From Podarcis cretensis (taxonomy: Eukaryota): a DNA stretch of 64,000 nt. This document shows, piece after piece, positions 1 through 12,500 of this stretch. Numbering within the stretch: the first letter of the stretch is position 1; the number at the start of each line of letters is the position of its first letter. The position numbers and the translations under genes are program-made. The notes under the pieces were generated by a model. It made no database searches. It was given only the letters and a program-made list of their open reading frames with translations, and was not told the DNA's origin. Where the stretch lies: the NCBI GenBank assembly GCA_951804945.1, contig OX638149.1, positions 37,014,001-37,078,000 on the forward strand, given 5' to 3'.

Positions 1-1786
1 GATCACAGGAGGTACTCTTTCCTCATGAGCTGACAATAACTTTCACTCCCATGTCAGGAGAGTACTCTTAAAAGCTCACAAACAGGCTTGTGGCTATTGT
101 TAACGGATTTAGATAGAACACCTTTCTAAGGAGAAAAAAGAGTAATTGATATGTGAGGCATTTTAAAACCTTAGGGGTAGAGCAAAGATTCTCCAACTGT
201 GGTCTGCTAACTCCATTTGGATGGTCCACAGAAAGGTTGCAGAACATGCCTATACTTGATCTATTTTTATGACAATTGAGTTGAAGGTTTTTTTGATCAA
301 GGACAGAGTACTGAGCAGGATAACAAAGTCCAGATCTAAGTCCTGTGATTTTCATAGGAACTGGGTGCAGTCTACTTAACTTTTCTATTTAAAAAAATAC
401 CTAACCCCTGACCCATACTGGTGTTGGTAAGGATTCAACAGAAGTCTACCTCCACTGTGGACCTGAAAGGGCGATGAAGTGCATACTGCTTTTTACCAGT
501 GTTCCTGCTGGCAATAATCATATTTGGTCCTAAAACTGGGTTTGAGGGGCAGAGCAGGACTGTGCCAACAGAGCTGCTGGTTCCAAAGCCAGCCTGTTTT
601 CTAGTGAAGAACCTGATCTGAGCCCTGTGCTGTGCCAGGCTGCAGCTAGTGCAGCAAAAATAGGGGGGGGGGTGGGGGGACGGACTGCTACCACCCTCTG
701 TCCTGGCTGCTCCATGCCCCAGTTAGGATTGGGAGAATTTGCCACTCTATTCCCAAGTTAGAATTGCTCTGCACAATCTGTTTTCAGCACAACCAGGTTG
801 ATCAAGGAACATGTGGGATTAAAATAAAGAAGCACATGTCTTTGAGCAAGAGCTACATGCCTTTCCTCTGTATTGGGAAACAGCTTCCAGGTCAGAGAGG
901 ATTACTTCCAGACAAATTTTTGTCCCAACACCTTAGTTTTGAATTAAGCACATGGTACACAGTCTCTGAGCACAAACACTGTGGCTCTGGTTATTATAGT
1001 TATGAGTTACAGATGAACTTCATCCTCCACATATTTACCTAATCCTTTTCAGCACCACTAATTCTAATAATTGCAACATTATATGGAAATGCATTCTATT
1101 AGTTAATTATGTGTTGTATAAGTACTTCCTTTTGTTTGTTTTAAACATGCTACCCATCAATTTGAATTAATTACTGTGTTGTTTGTAACTCTGAGACTGT
1201 TTTGTTTCTCTTTTCACTCTCTCCATTCCCCAACTTATATTATAAACCTTATTGTGTCCTCATTCTTCTCTCAGTTATATACATGTGCATATATTTAATA
1301 ATAATAATATTTAATAACAACAGCAAGATGCTGGGATGAGTGGGAACAATGTGTGTCTCCTCTTCCATAAAATTATAGGAGTTGTATAAAAAGTATAAAT
1401 TTTCTTACGTATCCTCAGGTTATGTGGTTTCAACTGAAGAATGGGCCACTTCAGAATGAAAAGTAAACAGCACAAACTCAAAAGAAAGCCTCAAGAGCTT
1501 CTAGCCCATAGAAGAGGCAAATAAAGATAGCATAATTAATGCCCCTTAGGGTTATGAGAATTTATTTTAATTAACCCATTCCAAAATGGTATTGCAGAGT
1601 GTGATCCTCAGAAATATTCAGGTGGAAATGATGAACTGCCATGTTCATGATGAGAATATCATTCCAAACCTTACTTTAGGGTTGATATTGATTAAATTAT
1701 TGATACAGATTAAATTTTTGAATTTAATTATGCTTCTTTTTATGCTATGGGAATGAGGTTATGAAAAGATTCAGTCATGTAGGTGT

Positions 1787-2142
1787 GACACAACGTAGTG
1801 CATACACACTCAGAGGATGACCTCCAAACCATCCTAAATATCTTTGAAGAAGCATACGAAAAGCTTGGCCTATCGCTCAACATCCAAAAAACTAAAGTTT
1901 TATGCACCAACAAACATAAAACAACCCCTCTGCAACGCCACAAATCCAACTCAGTGGTGTAATGTTGGAAGGTATAAATCACTTCTCCTACCTGGACAGT
2001 TATCTTTCCACAAGAGCCTTCCACTGTGGAAGGACATGTGTATCCAGAATTGGGCTCCACAATCACCTGTGGACACACCGTTAAGACGGTGTACATGGAA
2101 GACAATCTAACTCGGCTACAAGTGATCGCCAAAGAAGAAGAC
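1787..2142 (+). mobile_element. RTE-clade LINE fragment (RT remnant plus 3' end)
   Basis: [38 protein letters not shown] and NHFSYLDSYLS resemble RTE reverse transcriptase; short GAA tail. Confidence 0.7.
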
Positions 2143-2601
2143 ACTCCAAATTAGCCACTTTAATACATAAAGCCCTCCGTGACTAGGGATCTAGGTGTAG
2201 ACTGTTTCAAACCATGAGATCGGCAGAGCGGGGTTCTGCTTCTGGTCCTGCCAATAAATATGGCTTGTTGTGTTGGGATCTGGAAGATCCCAACTCTCTG
2301 TAGTCGTGGCCCACCTTTGCAATTCCCTACCCTTGGCAACATGATGCCCTCAATATTAAGGGATTTCTTTGCCATATGGTGAAGACACCTACTTTCTGAA
2401 GTCTTTGGGGCATGAAACTTGTGTCGATCCCTCCAGAATCTGGATCTCTGTGTTCTTAATGGAACTGAAATTGCATGTTATTTTTCAATTGTATTTTATG
2501 GGTTTTATCAATATTTTTATATTGTAATTACTTTGAGATCATTATGATAAAAAACAATCTATAAAAACCTGTGATCAATTAATAAGCATTAAAAGCTAAT
2601 A

Positions 2602-2724
2602 ACATGAAGCTACAAACATGAGCCTGACCAAACTGCGGGAGGCGGTGGAAGACAGCAGTGCCCGGCGTTCTCTGGTCCATGGGGTCACGAAGAGTCGGAC
2701 ACGACTAAACGACTAAACAATAAC
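2602..2724 (+). mobile_element. BovB (RTE) LINE, 5'-truncated 3' end with TSD
   Basis: GTCCATGGGGTCACGAAGAGTCGGACACGACT is the BovB 3' signature; 11-bp TSD AAAAGCTAATA at 2591-2601 and 2725-2735. Confidence 0.85.
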
Positions 2725-2987
2725 AAAAGCTAATAGTTGTCATCAGGAACAGTCATACTCTGTTTATTCACTTGACAAAGAGAATCTAGAAAACAGTTAG
2801 CAACCAACTCACATTCCAGTGTTTTCTGTTCTCATTTTTTTTTTTTTGGAACTGTTTTTGGATTATAAAAATGCAAGTTTAAAATGCATTTGCAATGCTT
2901 AACTGTCCAGGGTGTACTAGCAAAAACACTTTAGGCTTTTCAGGGATACATAGCCTTTCATTAATAACTCCCATCTTGTTGCTTATA

Positions 2988-3229
2988 CAGTGGTACCTCA
3001 GGTTAAGTACTTAATTCGTTCTGGAGGTCTGTTCTTAACCTGAAGCTGTTCTTAACCTGAAGCACTACTTTAGCTAATGGTGCCTCCTGCTGCTGCCGCG
3101 CCGCCGGAGCAGAATTTCTGTTCTCATCCTGAAGCAAGTTCTTAACCCTGAAGCACTATTTCTGGGGTTGCGGAGCCTGTAACCTGAAGCGTATATAACC
3201 TGAAGTGTATGTAACCCGAGGTACCACTG
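2988..3229. mobile_element. Tc1/mariner-type MITE
   Basis: TIR CAGTGGTACCTC...GAGGTACCACTG; TA on both sides. Confidence 0.88.
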
Positions 3230-4749
3230 TACTTTTATTACTTCCTAGTCAACATTTAGGGTATACTTCTACATAAGTACTCTACTGGATCAGACCAAGA
3301 ACCTATCTAAGCTGTTGTATATATCCATCAACAAAGGCATAATGCCTCTAAGAACAGACCTTGATAGAGCTGGGAATTCTAATCTGAGGAAATTGAAACA
3401 GGACTTTATTCCAGTTTAGTTAATCCAGAACATTTATGTCTGTCTTTGCCCCACTGCTGGCCATGCAGCCCACAACAGAAAAAGACCCCTATAGCCATGG
3501 TTTCATGACTGTAGCCTTAAAAGTCCAGGTCTCTGTATCAAATTTACTTTGGAAGAATAAAGCATTTTTTTTTTATGTGACTCACTCATTATCCAGTACT
3601 TAGGATGTGACAGAACACTTTAGTGCAATAGCTACTTTATTTAAAGGAAACCTACTTTGAAGTACAAGTGTGTCAGCAGTAGACTCCTGTATTTTAATTT
3701 CATACCTTCAATTAAACATTTTATTTTGTGACTTGTTTACACTGTAGCTGTAAAACGCTCCTATATATAGCTAACATATTAACTTGCTCCTTTTTAAGGA
3801 TATGGTTTGCAAAGATGACTGAGTAGTTTACCAAAGGCTAAAGAAGGCATGTTCCCTACGGCTCTGACTAACCTTGTTTTAAACATCCCTGTGATGGAGT
3901 TTCCCTCAAGGGATTGCTCAGAAAGCTCTCCCTCCTTCTACAGAGGTTAGCCTCTCTTAATTTAATCCCATACTCATAGTAGTAATTTGACACTGGTTTG
4001 CCGACTGCCAGTACTCTGGTTTCTATTTGCTGCCTTGCTACTTTGGGTGACAGAGTAATAATAACAACAGCAGTGGCAAAATCAGCGCATGTTTCATGTC
4101 CTGGGGGAGGGAGGGTGTGTTGTGCGTGTGGTGGGAGAAATAGCCTCTTGTCCACCCCAAGGAGTCAGCTGTAGACATGTGAGGAATGCAACTGCAATGC
4201 CAAGAATCTTTTGCTGGCACAGCCCATCATCGGGGAGACCATTTTAAATGAGCTGAAGGAGCAACAAACAGTAGCAGCCTACTGAAAAATTATAAACTGA
4301 GGAGAGAAAGTAGTAGCAAGAGACTGTTAAAGTGGCAGGGAGTTAAGTATGGAATACACTCCTTTGCAATCTTTTAAAAACGTACCATCAGGGAAAGGTA
4401 CAGTTTTCAAAATGGGTCACAAAACCTTTTATTCCTTCCATGTCTTTATCTCATGGAAGTGGGATGAAGAAGGGCCAGAGTTTGTGGTGCTGGGTAAAAT
4501 GCCAGTTTGGACATTCAGAATGAGTGGATGCTTTGTAGACTACCAGCGATTATAGTTGCTGTTTAAAATGCCAGGCAAGAAAAAAAATTCCCTGCAAGAG
4601 GCTCATTTGATATAGGAAGCTTTCTCCTAAAAATGGAAAATGCACTCTTAGCATGGTCAGATAACTGTTGAATTTATATGTTCTTCACATGCTCCTGGTG
4701 GTTCTTCCTGAGCTAAATAAAGCCCTCTCTACAACTATCAAAAGTTTAC

Positions 4750-4950
4750 ACCATCGTGTAAACTGGCAAAAAGACTGAGATGCCAAGGAATTTCCCAGTT
4801 CAAATGTCACATTTGCCAGGAACTCAGTAGGTTGCCTTAGGCAAGCCACACTCTCTCACCTCAACCGCACGACACGGGGAAACATTCTGACCTACCTTCC
4901 AGGGTTGTCGTGAGGATGACAACTGGACAATGCACAGTGAACACGTGAAG
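4750..4950 (+). mobile_element. Old MIR/CORE-like SINE
   Basis: CCTTAGGCAAG...CCTACCTTCCAGGGTTGTCGTGAGGAT core-like motif. Confidence 0.5.
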
Positions 4951-4984
4951 TGCGAGTGTCATTCTCACTTTAAAACCAAAGAGC

Positions 4985-6530
4985 GACCATCTCTGCGGGC
5001 AGCTCTGGCTCTCCTGGCCATTGACAAGCGAGTTTTACCGAGGAGTTAAAAAGTCAGCCGCGGGAAACTGATTTAGGACTGAAGGAGCGAGATTTTTTTC
5101 CCCCTCAGCGAACACCAAATACCACCCAGAGCGCAAGAACCCCCTACTTTCCTCTCTATAATTTCCTCTCAGGCAGCGCCCGCGCATGCGTGCAGCAGGA
5201 CGGCGCGGGTGTCGGAGCAAGGCGGGTGCCGTTTCCCAGCATGCCCCGCGTACCTCCGCCTCTCCCCCCCCCACCCCGTGGGTGGGTGAGCCGAGCTGCT
5301 GAGTGAATCTGTCCGGCTGATGATGGAGCTGAGACTGTAATGGCGGCCGGCGGCGGCGGCAGGAGCAGCAGCGGCGGCGGCGGCGGCTGGAGCTCGGCGC
5401 TGCTCTGACACCCGGCTACTGCTCCGCGTGGCCTTGACACCCCCGGGCCGGTCCCTCCCCACAAGCAGCGCTCGGGACACCAGGCGGGAGGAGCAGCAGC
5501 AGCAGCAAGAGGAGGCGGGGGAAGGACTCCCCACAGACAATGGACGAACATCCCGGAGCCGGCGGCGGGATCATGGCAGGGCCCAGCCCGAGGCCTCAGC
5601 AGCAGCAAGGGCCGCTGCCGCCCGCCGGAGGAAACGCGAACTCCCAGCTGCTCGGCCAAGGCTGCGCGGGGCCCGGCGGCGGAGGCAACCTGCCGCCACA
5701 GCAGCAACCCCAAGGCCCGGCGGCAGCGGCGGCTCCGGAAGCGGTGGGCCCCGGCGGCGGCGGCGGCTCGGAGCTGTCCCGGCCTCAACACTACACCATC
5801 CCGGGGATCCTGCACTACATCCAGCACGAATGGGCCCGCTTCGAGATGGAGCGCGCGCACTGGGAGGTGGAAAGGGCCGAGCTCCAGGTGAGGCGGAGGG
5901 GACAAGCACAATGAGAGAGAACGGCTGGCTTGAGGAGAGGAGGGTCTGTCCGTAACCGGGAAGGAAGGAAGGAAGGAAGGATGGGAGCTGCGGCGGCGTG
6001 GCTGAGGAGGGAGGGGAGGTGGGTGCGGGGCGGACGACGACGCGGCGGCGGCGGCGGCGGGGGAGGAGAAAGTTACCTGTCCTGCGCGGCGGGCGTCACT
6101 CGGCACGTTCCCCCGCTCGCGGCTCCTCGGGTTGGGCAGCCTTCCCCGGGGCAGCCATTTTGGTTTCTAGCATGGCGCCCGCCTGGGCCTGTCAGGCTAG
6201 GCAGGGGAGGGCTGCCGTCTCCCCCCGGCCCCGGATTTTAAAGCACCGACTCCGCAGCTCCCGCGCGCCCTGACAGTTAGCTGGGGCTCGAGGGCGGGCG
6301 GGGGCAACGGCGACTTCCCCGCTCGCTGCGGCGGCTGCTGCCGGAGCCCTCCGGACATTTGGGAGGCTTCTCCGGCCTACCGGGAGGGCGAGTCGCATCA
6401 TCTTTATAAGGACACGGTGATCTCAACCTGCTCTTAGCCCCCGACCTTATTTATTTCCAGCTGTTACCTTGGGAATACAAAGCCGCGCACTTCCTTCTTG
6501 GCGAGGGACCCCGCCTTCTTTCTAGGAATA
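4985..6530. promoter_or_regulatory. CpG island and STRN3 promoter
   Basis: Abrupt GC/CpG-rich block spanning exon 1. NRF1-like CGCGCATGCG at 5181, ZNF143/Staf-like TTCCCAGCATGCCCCGCG at 5233, YY1-like AATGGCGGC at 5339. Confidence 0.85.
5540..5887 (+). CDS. STRN3: STRN3 exon 1 (coding part)
   Basis: Strong Kozak ACAATGG; MDEHPG...WEVERAELQ; donor CAG|GTGAGG; phase 0. Confidence 0.95.
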
Positions 6531-9500
6531 GGAGGCGTGTTCCCCCTTCAATCTCTGTTCAGCACCCACATGGGTGACACTACCCCTAAAAATAAATAAA
6601 AATGAAACGGAAAGTGGGAGACGTGACCAGAGAGAAATGGATAAATTTGACGGATCGACCGTTTCAGGCTGCTGCTGCTTATTCTTCATCCATTTGTAAT
6701 CTAGGGTTATATCAGCAAAATACAGTAAGGTGTAAGGTGTTTGCCAAAACCAAGTATTACATAGTATTACATGAGTCAGGGATCCAGGAGTGGCCAGGAC
6801 TCCCTACTTAGCATGCATTGCTGGGTAGTTAATCTGGTTTTGTCGTATGTGAATGACCATTAAAATTGGGTGCCTAGGTGTGAAGGTACATGTGCCTCTT
6901 CAGTTGTGCGCATCTGAGGTTTAGCTACATTCTAAAAGGTTTTTTTTTTAAAAAAATACAAAATAGGCCTGCAGTTGTACAGTATCCTGTGATGTGTGTC
7001 CCTATATAGCTAATGTAAGGAGCAGTGTGAGGCATGTAAAAGCGAAGGTATGCTTTTCCTGATTAATATGGTTGATTTTCAGTGTAGTTAGATTTGGATC
7101 TGGAAGCCCTAGGTCTGTCAGAAGACAAGTACTGACTTGTGCACAGCTGTGCAATTTCTCACCTGCAGTTTCCTGTTGGGTGAGGGGACAGCATTCCATC
7201 TTACGGGGTTCTTGTGAGGCAAACACTGAATTTTATAATGCACTGCAAAGCCAAAGAGATACTGTAAAGGAGAACAAACAGTAATAATGTAATCGAGACT
7301 AAAATGCCTGCTAGATGTTGGGTGTCATGACAAGTGACAACTATATTTTGGCAACCCTATTATTTAACAGAATTACTTTTGTTTTTGCTGTTGCTGCTTT
7401 GAGGGATCACGTATATCATATTGAAAGAGAAGTCATGTTTATTCATGAGACTAGCTAAGCAAGTCAAATTCACGATCATATATGTTTATGACATATAGGA
7501 CCCAGCTTGGGCTGATTATAAGTCTTTATCTTCAGTTAGATGCTTTATCTGCTAGCAGTGTGGCTCAAACCTTTTTTATTATTGAGATTTTTACAATCTG
7601 GTAATGGTTCTAGGACATGGAGAAATGGTGATTGTAATAGGAAAGATATTAGGTGAAGCTTTGTGTCTTTTGTGGCATTGAAGACCATTTAATACTTAGA
7701 TGACTTGCATCCCTGTATCCAGTTATCTGGGACTAAATCCCATCGAACTAAATGAGACTTACTTCTTAGTAGACATGTGTTAGTCCTTTGAAAGTTTGAT
7801 AGGTCACTCCAGGGCAAGATTAGCCAGTATGATGTCCTCAAGAGGTTGTTGGACTTTAACTCTCATCAGCTAACATGGGGAATGGTCAGGGATAATAAAA
7901 GGTAGAGTCCAATGACATATGGAGAGCCTCACTTCAGGATTTCTGTCACGTATCTTGCAGATTTTGCATTAATTCTTGTTCCCTTAGTTTGTTGCAGTTT
8001 CCTAGATTAGTTTTTATATACATTACTGGCTTTTTCTTTCTCTCAAAGAAGGACCAATAAAAATCTCCAAGTGATTCTAAACAGGATGGAATGACAAGTT
8101 AAGAGGCTGTGTCTTGAGAGGATAATCCATGAAAATTGGAGATCCCCTCTATGTAAACTGTAGTACTGGGATGGAGAACTGAGTTTGGCTAGTAGGCCAG
8201 CTTCAAAACTCGCCCACAGTCCCACTTACCAACATTGACAAATGTGTGGGACCACTCACCTGTCAACCCTCTACTGTTATAATGATGTCATTTGATTGAC
8301 ACCTGTCGAGGTTTGATGGAGGTCACTGTAACTGCTGAGCAGCTGATTGGTGGTTATAGCAAATTTTTTTGAAGATGCAGTTTAAGTGCCAATCAGCTGT
8401 TCAGTGCTGGGATCATGCCTTACAAGGGGTGGGCTTTGGAGAAAGTGCTCACTTTTTAATCAGAAATTTTCCCCCTCTGCAAAGAAAACTATTTGGCTAC
8501 AAAACACTCAGCTGCATTACGGAGTTCTTAGCCGAAATTTAAACTCCTAGCACAGGGGTAGGCAACCTAAGGCCCATGGGCCACAAGCGACCCATTGGGG
8601 TCGTTTAACTGGCCCACGAGCCGCCTGCTCAGCGAGTCCCCATGTGCTGTGCTAAACTGGTGCGGTGTGGGGACTCGCTTCCGTGGCGCCGGAAATCCCG
8701 TCTGCGCAGACACCAGAAATCGCAGGCATGCGCACTCGGGCGCACATGCAATCCAGCCCACGGAGGGATCTCCACTGGAGTGAACCAGCCCAGGCAAGGT
8801 AAACCTTGCCGCCCCCTGTCCTAGTGCTTCATTTATGCCCACACAGTATAACAACGGTAGGTGGCCGTGGTTCGTGGGAAGCAGTTCTGCAGACCAAACT
8901 GGGACCCATATTGGGCCTTCTTATGCCCTTGAGCTGGAGTTTTCTGCCCCTGCTATCAGTGTTAGAAACTGAGATTTGAAAGAGGTGATATGGTAGAAGT
9001 TAGATAAAATGAAGCACGGCATGGAGAAGTATGACAAAAGAATAAAATGAAGCATGGCATGGACAAAGTGGCTAGAGTAAAGTTTTTCTCCCTCTCCCCT
9101 AACACTAGAACTTGTGGCTATCCAGTGAAGTTGGATGCTGGAAGACTGATAAAAGAAAGCATTTCTTCATGCAACATGTACTTAAAACTATGGAACTTGC
9201 TCCCATAGGAGGCAGTGATGACACCAACTTAAATAGATTTAAAAGAGGATTGGACAAATTAATGGAGGATAAGGCTATCAATGGCGCTACTCTACCTCCA
9301 TAATCAGAGTCAGTATGCCTCTGAATACCAATTGCTGGGAATCAGGTAGACAGAGTGCTGTTAAGTTCATGTCCTGTTTGCAGGATTCCCATAGGCATCT
9401 GGTTGGCCACTGTGAGAACAGGATGCTGAACTAGGTAGGCCATTGGCCTGATCTAGCAGATGGTTCTTATATTCTTATCTTACCCATAATTTATACCTCT

Positions 9501-12500
9501 TCAAGTTTGAAAATGCAGTGGTACCTCGGGTTAAGAACTTAATTCGTTCTGGAGGTCTGTTCTTAACCTGAAACCGTTCTTAACCTGAAGCACCAGTTAA
9601 TGGGGCCTCCTGCTGCCGCCGCGCCGCCACCGTGCAATTTCTGTTCTCATCCTGAAGCAAAGTTCTTAACCTGAGGTACTATTTCTGGGTTTGCGAAGTC
9701 TGTAACCTGAAGCGTCTGTAACCAGAGGTACCACTGTAAAGGCAAATGAATTGAAGAATTAGGAAACCTGGAATTCGGAAATGTTTTTGCCTTTCAGAAT
9801 ATAACGCAGGATAAAAAGTAGGTAAAGTTTGGTCCAGTTATTTGCTCTGTATTCCTGCTACAAAAGATGTGTTGGTGCAAAAAGCAAAGCAGAACTTTTT
9901 TTGTCACAACTAATGTTCAGGCAGCTAATTTTTTCTTGACAAATTTAAGGTTGTAACATAGTGATTTTATTAAAAAGAAAGGAAGAAATAAGAAAACAAT
10001 AGAATTAGAATTGGAAGAGACTTCAAGGGTCATCTAGTCCAACACCCTCCAGTGCAAGAATCTCAACTAAAGCACCCATGACAGATGGCCATCCAACTTC
10101 TGCTTAGAAACCTCCAATGATTGAGAGCCCACCACTGTTGAACAGCTGTTACTGTCAGAAGGTTCTTCTGATGTTTAGTAGGAATCTGCTTTCTTGTAAC
10201 TTGAATCCATTGCTTCAGGTCCTACCCTCTGGAGCAGGAGAAAACAGGCTTGTTCCATCTTCCATGTGGCAGCCCTTGAGATATTTGAAGATGGCTATCA
10301 TATCTCCTCTCAGTCTCTTGTGCAGGCTAAACACACCCACCTTCCTCAACTGTTCCTCATAAGGCTAGGTTTCCAGATCCTTGATGATTTTGGTCACTCT
10401 TGTCTGCACACATTCCAATTTGTCAATATCCTTTTAAATTGTTGTGCCCAGAACTGGACACAGTATTCCAGGTGTGGTCTGACGAAGGCAGAATAGAGCA
10501 GTGCTATTCATTCCCTTGACCTGGACACTATACTTTTGTTGATGCAGCCTAGAATAACATTACTTTTTTTCCTGCTGCATCACACTGTTGACTCATGCTA
10601 GGCTTGTTGTCTACTAAGACCTCTAGACCCTTTTGACATGTACTACTAGCAAGCCAAGTTTTCCCCATCTTACGTTTGAGTAGCAAGTTCTTCCTGCCTA
10701 AGTGTTGAATCTTACATTTTTTCCTATTGAAATTCATTTTTTAGTTTAGGCCCAGTTGTCCAATCTGTTGAGGTCAACTTAAATGACTGGAAACAATATT
10801 GAAAGAACAGATAAATGGGGAAAACCGTATAAGCAGAGTAGGGGCTGCAGGTTAATTATTACTGCAAGAGATAAATGCAGTAAGTTTTTGCAGTACAGCC
10901 AAAACTGCCAGTTATGCCATAGTGACAGTAATTGAGTTTGGAAACAAGCTAGGCAAACTGCTTCCTTGATCATAAGGAAATGTGGAAAAGCATCCACTGG
11001 GTCAACAGAATATATACAAAAATAAATATATACAAAACTACTGGAGATTGTACAGGGGTTTTATGATTGCTATAGTAATGTGGCTGAAAAACTTGATAAA
11101 AATGAGATTCAGAACTGTCCAGCAAAACCCCATTAATGATAGAAAAGCAGACCAGGACAGCCAGTTACAGTGAGGGAAGCATTAAAACTATACAGTATTT
11201 AAAATAAAGCAATTCAATAGTTTCCTATAGTTTTAATGCTGAGTTTATAAGTTATATGATATACTAGTTAAATGATATTCTTGGCTAAAGGTTAAATATG
11301 TTCTATGTGGAGAAGGATCAATACGGTTTTAAAAAGACAATTGGCGATATTAGATGTGTTTTAAATATTTATCTCAGCGAAGTGTAATCCCAACATCGTT
11401 GCAGTTAATGGATTTTGAGGTGGCTTTCAATTAAGCGGAATGGCTGTTATTCAAATAAGCATTAATATATTTTGGGGACATCAATATCATGAATGACAGT
11501 AATAAACATAACTAGATTGGTTATAAATGGTTAATTGTGGAAAGTGGTATTTCTTGAGAAGGGAGTTGGGTGAAATTGCATACTCTCTTCACTATTCAGT
11601 CTTTGTGGTGAGACCCTTACTATCTTAGTTCAATCTGAAAGGAATATAGATGAGTTTTGATGGGTTGCAGCATGAGAAGAAAGTGAAATCCCCTTCTCCA
11701 CATCCTGACTACAGCCCTTCTCAGGGTAATATACTGGTTGAGTCCAAGATGACTGAGCCACAAAGATGATAGAACCTGCAAAGAGGATGATTGTACTTCT
11801 TGGATATGTTTGACGTGGCATTTTTATATGAATTGGAAATCAGCAACATTTTTGTACAAAGCATTTCTGATGCTGCATCTTGAATATAATATCAAAACAA
11901 GGCAACAAAGTATTTTACAATTTATAATATTGGAATAAACATGCTAAAAAATCCAGGAGCCAACTTAAGGAGCTGATATGACTGGCTCCCTTGTCCTGAT
12001 TTCTGCACTTCTGCCTTCCCACAGGTCTTAAGTAGCTCCAGAGGAGGTGGGGGTGTTGCCCTAACTAACAACTTAATGATTTAATCATGGTAACAAGAAC
12101 ATGATACATTGTCTATGAATTACTTAATTTTTGAAGGGTGTTTACTAGAACAGGTGTAAAGCTTAAGAATAGTATCTCATTCACAAAGCATATTCAGAGC
12201 CCTTTTTTTTAAAAAAGGGGGTACCTTGTGATCTCAGTGTTAATACTGAGACTGTGACGCAGCTGGAATTGAGTTTGGTTTTGTTTTAAATCCACATGTC
12301 TTGGTCTTTCACACTTTATCTGAATTATTGGTGCTGGTCACAACTAGAAGCTTGCTGAATAAAATTCCCTTTGGAAAGCAGGGGTTGGAGGTACAGTGTT
12401 GTGGTGGTTTTATTGCTATCTAGATGTTCTAGATGATCTAGAAGATGGTACCCAGGAATTATTGTTCCGCCTCTTGACAGTTATGCTGTGGGCTTTCATA

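Noticed and set aside
1-4980. AP4S1 coding exons
   Set aside because: No AP4S1-like peptide in the ORF track or by eye; expected further upstream.
5888-5914. Extension of ORF 5540-5914 (VRRRGQAQ)
   Set aside because: Intronic read-through past the CAG|GTGAGG donor.
5156-6106. 316-aa antisense ORF and other long ORFs over exon 1 (e.g. 5428-5955)
   Set aside because: Low-complexity products expected from stop-codon depletion in a CpG island; no recognisable domain.
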